A DNA stretch of 64,000 nt. Origin: Eimeria praecox. Lineage: Eukaryota. The stretch's first letter is position 1. The number at the start of each line of letters is the position of its first letter. Below are positions 46,716 to 61,794 of the stretch, piece after piece. Location: the NCBI GenBank assembly GCA_963920595.1, contig OY986946.1, positions 6,944,001 through 7,008,000 on the forward strand, given 5' to 3'. The position numbers and the translations under genes are program-made. The notes below the pieces were generated by a model. It saw only the letters and a list, made by a program, of their open reading frames with translations. It made no database searches and was not told the DNA's origin.

Positions 46716-47359
46716 ACAACAACAGCAACAGCAGCAACACTGACAGAAGCAAGAACACCAACAACAGCAGTAGCGCCACCACCAACAGCAGCAGAAGCGC
46801 CAACAGCAACAACAGCAGCAGCACCAAGAGCAGCAACAACAGAAGCACCAACAGCAACAACAGCAGCAACAGAAGCAGCACCAACAGCAGCAACAGAAGC
46901 AGCACCAACAGCAGCAACAGAAGCAACACCAACAGCAGCAACAGAAGCAACGCCAACAGCAGCAACAGAAGCACCACCAACAGCAGCAGCACCAACAACA
47001 GCAACAGGAGCAGCACCAACAGCAGCAACAGCAGCAGCACCAAGAGCAGCAACAGCAGCAGCACCAAGGGCAGCAACACTGACAGCAGCAGCGGCGGTTT
47101 CCTTGCCAGCAGCAGCAGCAGCAGCCACCAGAGCAGCAGCAGCAGCAGCAGCAGCCACCACCACAGCAGCAGCAGCAGCAGCAGCGGTTTGTTTTTCAAC
47201 AGCAGCAGCAGAGCAGCAATAGGCGAGGTGCCATTGACTCAAGGAGAAGCAGCAAAAGTGCAGCAATATTTTGAAACGTTAGAGATGATGGATGTTGATG
47301 GCTGTACAGACACCCCAGACGACACCCTCTTCCCTGCTGTCTCCTTGCTGCAGCAAGGA

Positions 47360-47400
<41 letters not shown>

Positions 47401-47813
47401 AGAGACTGGGATGGCGGTTAAGAGAGGCACCGACTTGTTCTCAAGGGCTCTTGAGACGTGGATGCAGACACCCCAGATGCAGCAGCAGCAAAAGCAGCAA
47501 CAGCAAAAACAGCAGCAGCAGCAGCAGGAGCAGCAGCAGCAAAAACAGAAGCAGCAGCAGCAGGAGCAGCAGCAGCAAAAACAGAAGCAGCAGCAGCAGG
47601 AGCAGCAGCAGCAAAAACAGAAGCAGCAGCAGCAAGAAAAACAGCAGCAGCAGCAAGAACAGCAGCAACAGCAGCAGCAGAAGGAGAAGCAGCAGCAGGA
47701 GCAGCAGCAGCAAGAGCAGCAGAAGCTTCTGGAATCAGTTGATGAGCAGCAGCAAGAACTACGTTGGAGGGAGCGTCTTGCTGCTGAGGTCATTCGGCGT
47801 CTCTCGGAGAAAC

Positions 47814-47846
<33 letters not shown>

Positions 47847-47849
47847 GCA

Positions 47850-47885
<36 letters not shown>

Positions 47886-48014
47886 GCAGCAGCGACATCT
47901 CTTCAAGTAGTGCAGCACCACAGCGCACAACAGGAGGCGTATCAGCAGCAGAAGCACCAAGAGCAGCAGCACCACCAACAGCAGCAGCACCACCACCAAC
48001 AGCAGCAGCAGCAC

Positions 48015-48051
<37 letters not shown>

Positions 48052-48213
48052 TTCTTCAGTTCTGATGGGTTCTAAGACAACATCTAATTCGTCTAAACCC
48101 TCCAATCTCTCTTCTCTCTCTCTTCATCTAATTCCTACAATCTTAAATAATCTCCCTGATTTTATAGACAGACGCATGCAGTCAGGAAGGTGAGAGCACC
48201 ATCACACAACCAT

Positions 48214-48248
<35 letters not shown>

Positions 48249-48313
48249 CGTGCTGCTGCTGCTGCTGTCTGTCTGTCTGTCTGTCTGGCAGGATGTTGAT
48301 GTCTTGGGTTTAG
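45101..48313 (+). CDS. Hypothetical Q/S/N low-complexity protein (tentative 3-exon model)
   Basis: A 2.6-kb open frame with non-repetitive islands (IWVHVSWGVY, WHLLQGKWRGRSLE, YFETLEMMDVDG, LIPTILNNLPDFIDRR). Phase-compatible model: 45101-45206, 45579-48189, 48292-48313. No domain recognised, and both ends are uncertain. Confidence 0.55.
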
Positions 48314-48476
48314 TCCTCGAAGCACCTCGTCTATCCAAACCCTAAACCCTAAACCCTAAACCCTAAACCCTAATGTTGTGAGTTAGGCTGGGGGAGCTTC
48401 TAGCCTTCACGAAGATCGTCCCCGGACAAGTTTGTAGACATTTTGGATTCCAGCTTCAAAACGTTGTTCAGGTCTG

Positions 48477-48508
<32 letters not shown>

Positions 48509-48681
48509 GCTGCTGCTGCTGCTGCTGCTGCAATGGCTGCTCGTACGGTTGCTGATGCTGCCGCTTGTTGCGGTGCTGCTGCAGCTGCTGTTCGTAACAC
48601 TTGTGCTGCTGCTGTTGCTGCTGAACGTACTGCTGCGGCTACTCGTGGTGCTGTTGCTGCAGGTGCGGCAGGTGTTGCTGC

Positions 48682-48713
<32 letters not shown>

Positions 48714-48803
48714 TTGCTTTGACGATAGCAGCAACTGTTGCTGTGTTGTCAATAACAGGAGGGAGAAAACGTGTGGTCTGTCTCTCGTGACGGTTCTTCC
48801 CCC

Positions 48804-48842
<39 letters not shown>

Positions 48843-49051
48843 GCAGCAACAGCAGCAGCAGCAGCTGCTGCGGACTCGCCAACAGCAGCAGCAACAGCAG
48901 CAACAGCAGCAACAGCAGCAACAGCAGCAACCTGCTTCTGGCTGAACGGGCAGAGAGAGAGTGGCTTGCCGTTTGATTTGGTGTTGAAGATAAAACATGA
49001 ACACAACAGAGAAGAAATGTTGTTTCTAGAAGTTAAAGCTTCTCTTCTTGT

Positions 49052-49255
49052 AAACCCTAAACCCTCCCTCAAACCCTAAACCCTCGCTCAAACCCTAAAC
49101 CCTCGCTCAAACCCTAAACCCTCGCTCAAACCCTAAACCCTCCCTCAAACCCTAAACCCTCGCTCAAACCCTAAACCCTCCCTCTAACCCTAAACCCTCC
49201 CTCAAACCCTAAACCCTCCCTCAAATCCTAAACCATCACTCAAACCCTAAACCCC
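49052..49255. repeat. 19-bp telomere-derived minisatellite (aaaccctaaaccctc[g/c]ctc) ~10 copies
   Basis: Two AAACCCT units plus a 5-nt tail, repeated at 19-nt spacing. Confidence 0.92.
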
Positions 49256-49496
49256 CAGTCAAGCAATAAACCTTTGAAAACCGCACGCAAAACCCTAAAC
49301 CCTAAACCCTAACTACAAGACTGGCTTATACCCTTATCCACGAACCCCCAAACCCCCCTTCTTAAATCGCACATATCATCGCTGTTGCCGCTCTAAACCC
49401 TAAACCCTCAGACAGCAGCTTTGGCGAGCAAGGGCCCTTCATAAACCTCCCCTGCTGCAACAGCAACAGCAGCAACAGCAGCAGCAGCAACAACAA

Positions 49497-49531
<35 letters not shown>

Positions 49532-50160
49532 GCAGCAGCAGGAGTTTGTATGTTGTGGTTTCTTCAGGATACTTGGGAATTTTTTCTGTCTCCCGCGCAA
49601 CTTCGATTTGCGGCGGCGCATCCACGAGATTTCGTGTCAGTCTAGGGTTTAGGGTTTAGGGTTTAGGGTTTAGGGTTTAGGGTTTAGGGTTCTTCTTTGA
49701 AGCATCGGGTTTGTGGTTTAACTGTTTTCTCTTGTTTTTCTTGTTTTTCTTATTTTCTTCATCTTTACATCTATCACAAAACCCTAAACCCTCTGTCGCA
49801 TATACCTCTCTAACGAGCAGCTCCTCTCTTTCCTTTCTGTTCATGTTTATCTGCACAGGGATGAGGGTTTAGGGTTTAGGGTTTAGGGTTTAGGGTTTAG
49901 AGTTTGCATTTGAGGGTTTGGGTCTTAGTGCGTGCGTGGAAGTCTGTCTGGGGTCTTAGGGTTTAGGGTTTAGGGTTTAGGGTTTAGGGTTTAGGGTGTG
50001 TGTGTATGAGGGTTTAGGGTTTTGATGGTGTCATCACTTCGTTCGGGCTGCCCTCGCTGGGCGTCTGTCTCCTCTGTCTCCTCTTGTCTCCCTCTTCAGA
50101 AAGAAGAAGGAGACAAAGAAGACAGCTCGCCGGATCTTGAGATAGTGTGGGGTTCTATCC

Positions 50161-50192
<32 letters not shown>

Positions 50193-50193
50193 T

Positions 50194-50231
<38 letters not shown>

Positions 50232-50792
50232 CTGTTCTTCATGCTGGCTTTGCTGCAGCTCAGCTGAGTTTCTTGTGTCTTTATACATGGGTTGAGTGTA
50301 TAGCTTCTATATTGCAATATATGTGTTTATATTTTGTTTGTTTATTTGTTTGTTTGTTGTGTACTGTCTTCCTTGCTGCTATCTCTCCCTCTTTATCGTT
50401 ATCCTTTGCTTGGAGCTGAGGGTTTAGGGTTTAGGGTTTAGGGTTTAGGGTTTAGGGTTTGTGGTTTAGGCATTTACGCTGTCGTTGCTGCCGGCCTTCT
50501 TACTCTCTCAACCAAACTTAAGATGCTTCTCGAGGGCATTCTTGCTGCTGCTGTTGCTGCTGCAATTCAATATCGGAGCAGCAGCAGCAGCAGCAGCAAC
50601 AGCAACAACAAAAACAGCAGCAACAGCAGCAACAGCAGCAACAGAAGCAGCAGCAGCAACACGAATAGAAGCAGCAGCAGGTTTTCACCTCAAGTTCGAG
50701 TGGCAGGGTTATGTAGTACGCCGTTGTGTGCGGTGTTTGATATTGCTTCATTCTTTCTTATTCTATTTATATGTTCTAAATGTTTAGGGATG

Positions 50793-50834
<42 letters not shown>

Positions 50835-51020
50835 GAAGACAGTGATAAGTTAGTTTTTCTTCTTTCTTATATTATTTCATTCATAGAAATATCTGTGCTG
50901 TAAACAATAAATATTTTGTGTTTATTATTAACATGGTTATTATTTAATTAAGTTGTTTTAACATCGCACTTTTATATTTATCGAGAATATAATTATGTTG
51001 CATGATATCGTAAGTGTATT

Positions 51021-51151
<131 letters not shown>

Positions 51152-51441
51152 TGTGCTGTTGCTGTTTAGAATAGGAAGAAAGGGTTTTGACTGACTCTAT
51201 AGCAGCAATAATATTTTTCTGTTTTTTTTTATATTTTAATATTAATAAACTAACAACGAAATAAACTAAAGTAGTTATTTGTCTTAGGACGTGAGCATCA
51301 AACAATATATATCTTGATATACACTACGTATACATACACCTGAGATCTCCATAGATAGCTTTCTTTAATAACTACCTACAGAGCTTACGCCGCTGCAGCA
51401 GCAAACATGTACAGGCTTGAGAGAGAGAGGGAGATAGAGAA

Positions 51442-51544
<103 letters not shown>

Positions 51545-51545
51545 C

Positions 51546-51626
<81 letters not shown>

Positions 51627-53213
51627 GAGAGAGATTATCTTCTTATGATGCAGAGGCTGCTGCTCTGTAGTCTGAGGGGTTCTGTCGTACTAAATCTCGA
51701 AGAAGACAAATAAATATCATAAAAAACAAAATATATACATACTCAGAAACGCAAATAAACATATTAAAAGATAGCTACAAGCTGTATATATCGTTGCTGT
51801 AGGATATATTTGTACAACAGGCATTTAGTAAGGATGTTGCTTCCTTGCGTGTGTGTGTGTGTGTGTATGTGTGTGTTGAGGGCTACGTCTTGATTATTTG
51901 GAGTATAAAACAATCAAAATTAATTATTTTATTATTTATATGTGTTAAACAAAACCATAAAATCATATACTTGTGCTAGAGGAGCTGTACAGCAGCATCG
52001 CTGGTTTGTATCGCGTCGGCTGACAGACTCAGATCCGTAAAGTTATTTGGTGTGTATGTTCCCATGAATCTTTTTTTCTACAATTTAACAAATTAAATAT
52101 AAAATAATAATATAATAAAAATAAATAATTAAATTTAAAATAAAAACATCAAAGTCGCATCACTCTAGACATACAGATCTTCTCTTTATATGTGCCGCCG
52201 TCAGCACCACTCCCGATTTCGATTTCTTCGTTTTTGTGTGTGTGTGTGTGTTTTATATTTAATTATTATATTATTTAAATATATTTATTCTGTTCAATTC
52301 AATTGTTTTTTTATTTTATTTATTTATTTTCATACACACACACACACACACTTAAGAACTCTTCAACAATTCAGGTTTCCCTGTATGCTTTCTTCAGGCC
52401 GTTAACAGGAACAGCACCTGTTTCTAAGGTTTGGGTTTTATGACTTATTTTTTTTAATTTTGAAACTGAAACATATATTACAAATTAAATATATAAATTC
52501 CACGTACATGGCCTCAAAAAAAACATATTTATACCCCAAAAATACACATACATACACACAAGCAGAAAACCTCCAAACACACAACAAGGAAGCCGAGATG
52601 TGCGGCTACGTTTGGCAGCATATCGCTTCATGAGGTATCTACAGGTAGAGAAAATGCTATAAATTACTTTAAAAGGATCTAAATTTAGATTAATTATTTA
52701 ATAACATATTCATCGAAACATAAACTTGAAAAAAAACCCGATGAATAGCAATACAAGAAGTGTGGCGGAGGGCTGCTGCAGCAGCATAAGTTCTGTATGG
52801 CCTGTGCAAGTGCTATACTCTTTCCGTCGTTATTTTTGATTTTTTTTTGATTATAATGGTTGAAAATTAATTATGAAATTAATTCATGAACGTAAAATGG
52901 TATTTAATTAGCGTTTTAATGCTGTATATGCGGCATTCAAAACCATGTGAGGGGCGACAACAACAGTCAGTCAGTCAGCCCCTGATAACAGGATGTGTTG
53001 GCCCCACAAATGCAAGCAGCTTGTTGATGGTTTAGGTGTGTCTGTTTGATGTTATTGTCTCCTTCTCTTCTCTTTCTTTTGTTTCTTTTGTTTCTTTTGT
53101 TTATGAATTCCTTTAGAGGGTTTTATTTTTTATTAGATTTTCAGTTTATTAGGGCGTCATTTTAGTACATTACAACGCCCTTCTCATCTTCTATTTAACA
53201 TTTGACGATTTAT

Positions 53214-53266
<53 letters not shown>

Positions 53267-53585
53267 TTATATATTTATATATTTATATATACATTTAAGA
53301 ATTCGTATTTATTTATTAAAGCTTTCTTCCTATGTGCATTGAACGCCAGCGGCATTTTATATTTGAAAATGACATAGTTTGTATACACCGTAGCGGCTCT
53401 CTCCGCCCTGTTGCTGCTTCTTTATTAATTCATTTCTTCTTTTCTATTCTTTATTATCTTCGATATTTAGAGGATCCCCTCTAAACGCATGCATGCGTGT
53501 GGGGCTTGTTTGTGTGGATCTTGCTATATATATAACTACTATTTAGAGGGGAAGAAGAAACGAAAATAAATAATATAATTACAAA

Positions 53586-55355
53586 ATGACAGGATGCTCG
53601 TGCCGCCCTGTGGCGGCTCGTGCTCTTGCTCCCTTATCTCCTAAACGGCTTTGGAGATATGGACAGACAGTGCATGGGACTTTAGGTTTGAAATTATCAA
53701 TTATGTTAGTTAGTGTCTTCTTTGGTTTGAAAGGCGTATTAGATTCGCTTACAATTGAAGCGCTTCTTCCTCTCTTTAGAGAACTTAATTATGATGGTGT
53801 TGCCTATCAGAGGACCCTAGCAATGGCATTAACTCCTTATGCACTGAAAGGATTTATAGGAAGTGTGAGCGATTACTTCCCTATAGGAGGATATCATAAA
53901 AAATATTATATGTTTGGATCCAATTTAATTGGTTTAGGGTGTACGATAGCCCTCGTCAGTCTTCCTTCAAGTATAACAAGCAGCAGTATAATGTATATAG
54001 GTTTATTATATTGTGGCATCCATCTACATATATCAACAGCAGATTTATTATGTGAGGGAGTATATTGTAAGGTCGTTCAAGCACATCCTGCTGTAGGAGC
54101 GAAGCTTGTTGCCTTTCTTTCTTTCTGTAACTCCACAGGCCATCTAGTAGGAAAGACGTTAGTAGGCCCGATTAGTGATGCTTATGGTACGGCTCCTCTT
54201 CTCTATATGACTGTACCTCTTGTATTACAAACACTTGCTCCTATATCTTTTAATTTTTTGGGGGAGAATAAAGGAGACGCAAGAGATTCAGGAGGAGCAT
54301 TGACGCGAGATAGAAGCCATCGAGGCGTATTTACAGTAGCTGTATTAACATCAATTAGTGCATGTATTGCACTTATATTAACTCTACAAACATGGAGAGG
54401 ATGGGCTGTTGTGTTTACAATATTTGTTGTATTATTATTAGGGGGCGCCTCTTGTTACTTTCTTTCTCGTAGATTATCTTTATGTGCTATGTTCTTCTTT
54501 GCTGATCGTGTTCTACATTTAACAATATCAGGAGCAGTAAATTTTTATTATATTGCTCCTCCTTCTTGTGTACCTGATGGTCCTAACTTCGATTATACAT
54601 ACTTCTGTACATACACCGCACTTGTAGGAGCAATAGGATGTTGGTTTGGTATATACGCATTTCAAAAATGGTTTAAGGGATGGAGTGCAAGGAAGATATT
54701 CTGGTTGACGAACACAGTACGAATCTTAGCAGCATTATTTGATTATGTTATTATCAAACGTCTGAATATACGAATAGGTATACCCGATAAGGTTATGTTT
54801 ATGTTAGGAGATGCAATTGTATATCATTTGTTACTTACTCTATCTTGTATGACGAGCTCGCTAACTGTAGCGCGTTCCTGTCCCCCAAAGCTTGAATCTA
54901 CTGTATATGCTATTGTATCTGGGGTTACGAATCTAGGAAGTACATGTAGTAAGATGTTAGGGGCTGTAGCTATAGAGATTGCGGGTATAAGAATGAAGGA
55001 ATCTGCCCCTGGTGGCTGCGATTTTCATACATTACCGAATTTAATATTGGTTTCACAATGTTTATTGCCTTGTGCTTGTATCCCTCTGGCCTATTTTATG
55101 CTACCCAAGGAGCCCTTGAATTCTGCTGTTCCCCCACATTTTCGTAGACGTAGTAAACATTGTGAGAGAGGAAGTATAGAACATAATAAACCAAATAATA
55201 ATATTAATCATCATCAAACAGATACGCCCAGTAATGACACACCATGTGATGCAGCTTCAGAAACACTCGCTCTACAAGATTCTGTTGGAGATAAAGAAGA
55301 AGTGGCGGTAGTTGCAGGAGATTCGGGATCAAGGCCTCGTATTGTTGAGGTGTAG
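53586..55355 (+). CDS. BT1-family folate/biopterin transporter (MFS), single exon, 589 aa
   Basis: Uninterrupted ORF with many hydrophobic helices and BT1-type motifs: PYALKGFIGSVSDYFPIGGYHKKYY, ADLLCEGVY, CVPDGPNFDYTY, RLNIRIGIPDK, CPPKLESTVYAIVSG. Confidence 0.88.
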   Translation: MTGCSCRPVAARALAPLSPKRLWRYGQTVHGTLGLKLSIMLVSVFFGLKGVLDSLTIEALLPLFRELNYDGVAYQRTLAMALTPYALKGFIGSVSDYFPIGGYHKKYYMFGSNLIGLGCTIALVSLPSSITSSSIMYIGLLYCGIHLHISTADLLCEGVYCKVVQAHPAVGAKLVAFLSFCNSTGHLVGKTLVGPISDAYGTAPLLYMTVPLVLQTLAPISFNFLGENKGDARDSGGALTRDRSHRGVFTVAVLTSISACIALILTLQTWRGWAVVFTIFVVLLLGGASCYFLSRRLSLCAMFFFADRVLHLTISGAVNFYYIAPPSCVPDGPNFDYTYFCTYTALVGAIGCWFGIYAFQKWFKGWSARKIFWLTNTVRILAALFDYVIIKRLNIRIGIPDKVMFMLGDAIVYHLLLTLSCMTSSLTVARSCPPKLESTVYAIVSGVTNLGSTCSKMLGAVAIEIAGIRMKESAPGGCDFHTLPNLILVSQCLLPCACIPLAYFMLPKEPLNSAVPPHFRRRSKHCERGSIEHNKPNNNINHHQTDTPSNDTPCDAASETLALQDSVGDKEEVAVVAGDSGSRPRIVEV

Positions 55356-55785
55356 ATACACCCCAAATAGCAACAGATTAACATATATTCATAGATATAT
55401 CTGGATATATAGATATATATGTATATATATATAAATATATATGTATATATGTAGATATGTAGATATGTAGATATAGATATAGGTATATATATATATATAT
55501 ATATATATCAGCAGCATCAGATCGGAGGGGGATTGATGACGAGGGGAAGAAGAAGATGAATGTGGTGGTGGTGTTTGTTTGAGGGAGGGGTGTTTGGTTC
55601 AATTTGGTAGGGTTTAGGGTTTAGGGTTTAGGGTTTAGGGTTTAATGTATTTAAAACCCCCTTTTTATTAATTTTTTTCTATTAAGAAGAAGGCATCGGG
55701 CTTGAAGCATGAGCGAAGGAGCCTAGAGCTTCCTTATTCGCTTCCGTGCTTAGCTATTGCTTCAGATTATACTCAGTATCGCCGA

Positions 55786-55859
<74 letters not shown>

Positions 55860-55967
55860 GGGCTTTGGCGACGCACTCTGATTTTTCTTCTGTATTGCAA
55901 TGCTGGCAGTGAGCATAAGAAGAAGAAGAGGATATGGATATAAATATTGGCTTATATACAACAACAA

Positions 55968-56017
<50 letters not shown>

Positions 56018-56291
56018 ACAACAACAACAACAGTAGCATTAGTAACATCAGCAGGAGCTGTTTAGAATTGCTACTGTCTGTACATACACTGCGTGAGGGG
56101 AAGGTGAAGATGAGCAGCCCCGTGTCTGTCTTCTTCCGCGCCGCTGATAGCTCTCTTACGAATATATTTAAGAGGAAGACATACGGAGCTTAGCTATTTG
56201 TCTTCTGTCTTCTCTTCAAGTAGATTGCGCTGAGCCGCAGCTTTGGAGGCGTAATATCACCTGCATTTTGAGTTCATAGGGCGGGTATTTA

Positions 56292-56359
<68 letters not shown>

Positions 56360-56402
56360 TATTTATATATTTATATTATTTATATATATGTATATATATA
56401 TG

Positions 56403-56433
<31 letters not shown>

Positions 56434-56766
56434 TTCTACGGGTTCGTGAAGCCTGGACAGCTCAGCTAATCTGCGTTTAGACACAAGAGAGAGAGAGAGA
56501 GAGAGAGTGCTTTTATTGCTATTCCCATACACGCTCGGGTGTATCTGATCAGCGTGTTAGGAGAGGGGGGGGAGGGGGGTTGGTGGGGGGGGGGGGGGGG
56601 GAGGGGGGGAGGGGGGGGAGAGGGGGGGAGACGAGCTGTCTTGAGGTTTCTTATCAAGTGCATCATTTGTATTTATTCGCATGCATGGCAGAACTCTGTT
56701 TTAATCTTCTGGCTTTCTACAGCTTCAACTGGCTACATAGACGTACAATGAGCCGCAGCTCCTACT

Positions 56767-56841
<75 letters not shown>

Positions 56842-57080
56842 GTGTAGTCTCAGTGTTTAGCGATTGATATACTTCTTCACGTACTCTTTTTTATCTATAT
56901 CTATATATCTATATCTGTATATATATATATATAGATATATCTATATATAGATATATAGATATAGATATATTATTATTAGATAGAAAGGAGGTAGTGATGG
57001 GGGGTAGTATGGGAAGACAGCAGCATTTGTTGAACACCGAAGAATAGTCAAGCCAGCGACGCAAAGAGAGAGGAAAGCAG

Positions 57081-57122
<42 letters not shown>

Positions 57123-57371
57123 AATGATGATCCTGCTTTGTATTAACCGAATGAAGATGGGGGGAATACAAGAAAGGAACAGCTTATTGTATTTCTTCTT
57201 CTTCTTCTTCTTCTTCTTCTTCTTCTTCTAAACATGAATATAAATGCGTCGAGGATTATATTTGAGGTGTATGCACAGCGGGTAGAATACGACGATGATC
57301 GAGCAGTGAATAAACCAGTTTATGATTTTCATTTTTGTCTTGTGTTGTAATAGAGTACCTACTACAGCACC

Positions 57372-57427
<56 letters not shown>

Positions 57428-57547
57428 GTTCTGGCAGCAACAGATTAAGATTTGTTTCAAGGGAATTTCGTGGGTTTTCTCGAAAGACGCTGCAATGTCA
57501 GTGCAATCATAGCACAGCTTTCCTTGTTCTAATACACTCATTAAGAA

Positions 57548-57616
<69 letters not shown>

Positions 57617-60600
57617 AAGAGAGGTGCTCTGAGTATTGCATTAATACAACAGCATCTTACGTGAGCAGTTACGATTTTCGTTGAAAACAACTCGCACACT
57701 GTTGCTTATAACCATAATGGCTTTCTTGTATTTATGAGTACATGTGGCGTATAAACAATAAAGTTGAAGATAACTATATAATACAATGCTGCTGCTGTAT
57801 CTGTTTATTTAATAACTAGAAGAGAAATAAATAAATAAATAATATAGAAAGATTAGAACATTGTTAACACACTCAAAAAAACCACACATTATTTTATATC
57901 GAATTCGCACACAAACTTACCCCAAAAACAAACTACCCAACTATCGGAGACTGACAGCTATTATATATATATTATATAATATATATATTATATCTTCTCT
58001 TTCCACTTCCCTTGAGACAGCAGATGCTGTTGTGATATGCTGTGAGGTGTTAAATGTATTAAACGATTCGTAGTAGACAGACAGTAGATAGTTAAGTAAA
58101 GAAACAAATTAGGAGCTTTCTACTATCTGCAGGGAATTTGAATATTTCCTTGATATGCTCAAGGGTGGGGACATAACATACAATAAAATAATAATACAAT
58201 ATATAATAAAATAATAATAAAATAATAATGAAATAATTATTATTAATAAAGAGGAAGCTACAGTGTGTTTGGTATGAGAGGCTGCAAGAGAGAGTGTATG
58301 TAGTTCCATCATAGCTAATATAAAATACTTGAAAGTGTACAATCGTTAGTTGTCTGTCACAGCGATGTTTATAATGGAGTGATGTTCTTAGCGAGCTGAG
58401 CCGAGCAACAACGTAGCAAGGAGGAGAAGAGCCACAGAAGAGAAGAGAAGTTATCATGAATGGCGTTTGCTCGAGTTGCACTTGGCATGTACAGCAATTC
58501 ACATAATACCATGAAAATGAGATCTGAAGTTAATGCTGCTGGTGGGGGGGGGGGTTTATTGGGGCGGGGAAGGGGAGGGGGGAAGGGGAGGAGGCTTTCA
58601 TTATTTGAACGTACGTCCAAGGTGTTGGCAGCCCCAGCCCCAGCCATGTAGACATAGACAGACATGCATTCGCACTGATTCTCGATCATTATATATACCT
58701 AAGGGCCACGTGTGGCTCGTATGTACTGCAGGAGCTGACAGGTGTCTGCCTCTCACATCCGGATACGCAAGAAACAGTAGCTAGCTGGCTGGGGTTTTGA
58801 GCAGCTAGACAGCAGGGCTTCCAACAGCGAGTATAGGGGAAGCATAAGACCCTTGGCTGTTGCGGCAGAGTTTTGACGGCGAGCCCTGGGGGCACCGGCT
58901 ACGCTTCCCTTTGCAGACAGAGTATAACAAAGTCTGCCTGAAGTTGGGGCGCGCGTTTGTACTTGTCTGCAGTCTGGCTGATGGCGATCACGTATTTAAC
59001 GGTTGTCTGCAGCATTAGTCCATCCACCAAAAGGGGGCTTTGATACGCTTGCATGCGGAGGCTGCCTTGCTGCAGACGTTTCAGGAAGGTGCCCTGCAAC
59101 TCTTCCCAAGCCGGCTCCTTTCCTCACACCCCCCCCCCCCTCCCTCTCCCCAGGCTGTCGAACATCTGTGCACATTATGCGGCGAAGTTCGAAGTTCGTC
59201 TGAGGGTATCTGCATCTTGAATTCTTATCTAAAGCATTTTATCCCCTTACTTCTTTGAAGTGTTAACAGCCACTAACACCAAAGAATCTCAAAGCCACTC
59301 CTTCGCAGAGTCTTTCGACTCCCCTCCCCCCCTCCAACCCCCCCTCCCCTTTCCCCTTATATATATGGACGGATATCTCAATGGATTTCATTGTAGAATT
59401 AAACTAGCCAGAGACTGTTAGCCTGCTGGTATCTGCCCAGACGCGATCGATTCCCTCTCTTTTCGCTTTCCCTTGTCGGATCATTTCCCACCACTTCCCC
59501 CAAACACTTCTCGGAGCTTCCTCTATCGGGAGGGACCCCCTAATCCCGTTCGCAACTGAAGGAACCAGATCCAATTTGAAAGTGCAGCAGCAGCAGATAC
59601 AGGGAGGAATGCGGCTGCAGCAACAAAATCAGCAGTAGCACGACCAAAAGCAGCAGGGCCCGGATGTGCAGCGGTGAGGGGCAAAAGGTGCGGCGCAACA
59701 GCAGCAGCCGCTGCTGCTGGAGGAGTATCGGGTCTCCGAGAGGCTGCACCATAAACCCTGCACCCAGGGTGTCTATGGGTCGACAATGCATGCACAGAAA
59801 GCCGCAGGGATGCATGTAGTGGTGCGGCTGCTGCTAGCAGCAGCGCTTGCAGCAGGAGGGGAGAGAAACGCTTCAGAGCTGCTCGTTTAGGAGTTTAAGA
59901 GCCCTGAGGGAGGAGGGCGAAGAAGATTGTGGCAGAGAGAGTGAGAGATTACTTCACACAATAATGGAGGAAGCTGCTAGCATCACCAAGTAAGACTGCT
60001 GCTGCTGCACAAACTGCTGCAGGGCTCCTCGAGTCGCAATGAAGGCAAGGCAAACACACACAGCACAGATGCAAGAAGAGAGACAGACTCACCAGTGCGC
60101 ATAAGAGCAAGCATGAAAGATAATAGGAGGAAAATTAAACAAAACAAACCCTTCAATATGTATACAGACGCAAATACAGCACTCCCCAAGTGTAGCGTCA
60201 TTCCTGGGCTGTACGTACAGCATATGAATATTCCTGCGGGCGGCTGAATGGCGAGTGCAGCGAAACCCAGTCTGCTGCTCTGCTGCTGCCGGAGGTTAAG
60301 CTTCAGCAGCAAGAGATACACTAGCAGCAGAGGCAGCAGTAGCACTAGATCATCACCAGCAGCAGCAGCACTCGCTTCAAACCAGCAGCAGGAATGATGG
60401 GTGGAACCAAACGAGGAGCAGCAGCAGCAGGAGAGGAAGTCAGAACGGCAGACACCCCAGCAGCCAACAACACAGCAGAGAAAGATATAGAGTGGCAGGG
60501 ACCGATGAAGCAGCAGAAGCAGCACGTGCTGCAGCACCGCAGCACTTGCTGCTGCAGGGCAGACTTACTGGCTCAGCAAGCAGATGAGGAGATGTGCTGC

Positions 60601-61409
60601 TTAGGAGAGATGCGAGTACTGCAGCCATTGAACTGTCTGTCTCAAGACAGATTCTGCTGTTGTATATATTTCTATCTTTGTAGAGGCTGTCTCTTCAGGG
60701 CCAAGGAAGTGTTTGACAAGTATGTGCGGTGTTCGTAAGAAACATGCATGCATGCAGCATGCATACATGTGGGGCTGTTTCACAGCAGCAAGAACAGCAG
60801 CAAGGAGGGCTACATCTTAAGACAGTCAACCTCGTCTTGGCTGCAGCAACAAACCGCTAACCTTCTACTCTCTCTTCTGCTTCTCTTCTAGAGACAGAAG
60901 GGGATATGAGTTATTTGAAACTCAGGGCTTTCTTCTGCATGCAGGGCTATTCAGACGCAATTCTACTTTCTTAATAAACACACAAATATATGTTGGAGAG
61001 GAGAAGATAATACAAACTGCTGAAGTCGATGAAAGCTGTATATACACCCCGAAGCAGCGGCTTCATAGTATGCGAGTTTATTTTAAATTGTGTGGAGATA
61101 TTTATACCTAGCGAGACGAAAAGAAACAAACAAACTCCAAATAAACTAAATTAATTAATTAAATTAAATTAATTTATACATTAAGGTTGAAATACATCCT
61201 ACAGTACGCAACAGCTCCGCCGTTGACGGTGTTGAGGGGCTGGCAGGAGAAGCAATAAAAAGTGTATGCTGCTGTACTAGAAGGTGGAGTTATTATATTT
61301 GTTTTATTTATTTATAATAAAATATAAACAGAAACAAATCAATAAAACTCATATCAATAATTTATTAACCTCAAATACCCCCCAGGCAGCCGCTACGCAC
61401 GCTGCTCGT

Positions 61410-61489
<80 letters not shown>

Positions 61490-61594
61490 TGCTGCTGCTG
61501 CTGCTGCTGTATCGGGTTGAAGGACTGTGGAAGAAAGTAATTCAACTTTTTTGGGTTTTGTTTGGTTTTCTTCGTCTATAATTTTATTAAAGGA

Positions 61595-61626
<32 letters not shown>

Positions 61627-61759
61627 GCCCCAGCCAGCAACACGCGGCTGAGGGCTGGGGCGCTAGTGCTGCTCGTAAGCTCTTTAGTAGAAGGGCTTCT
61701 CTCTCTCTCTCTCTCCCTCTCTCTCTCTCTTTCTCTACTGGAGCAGCAGCAATTGAAGA

Positions 61760-61794
<35 letters not shown>

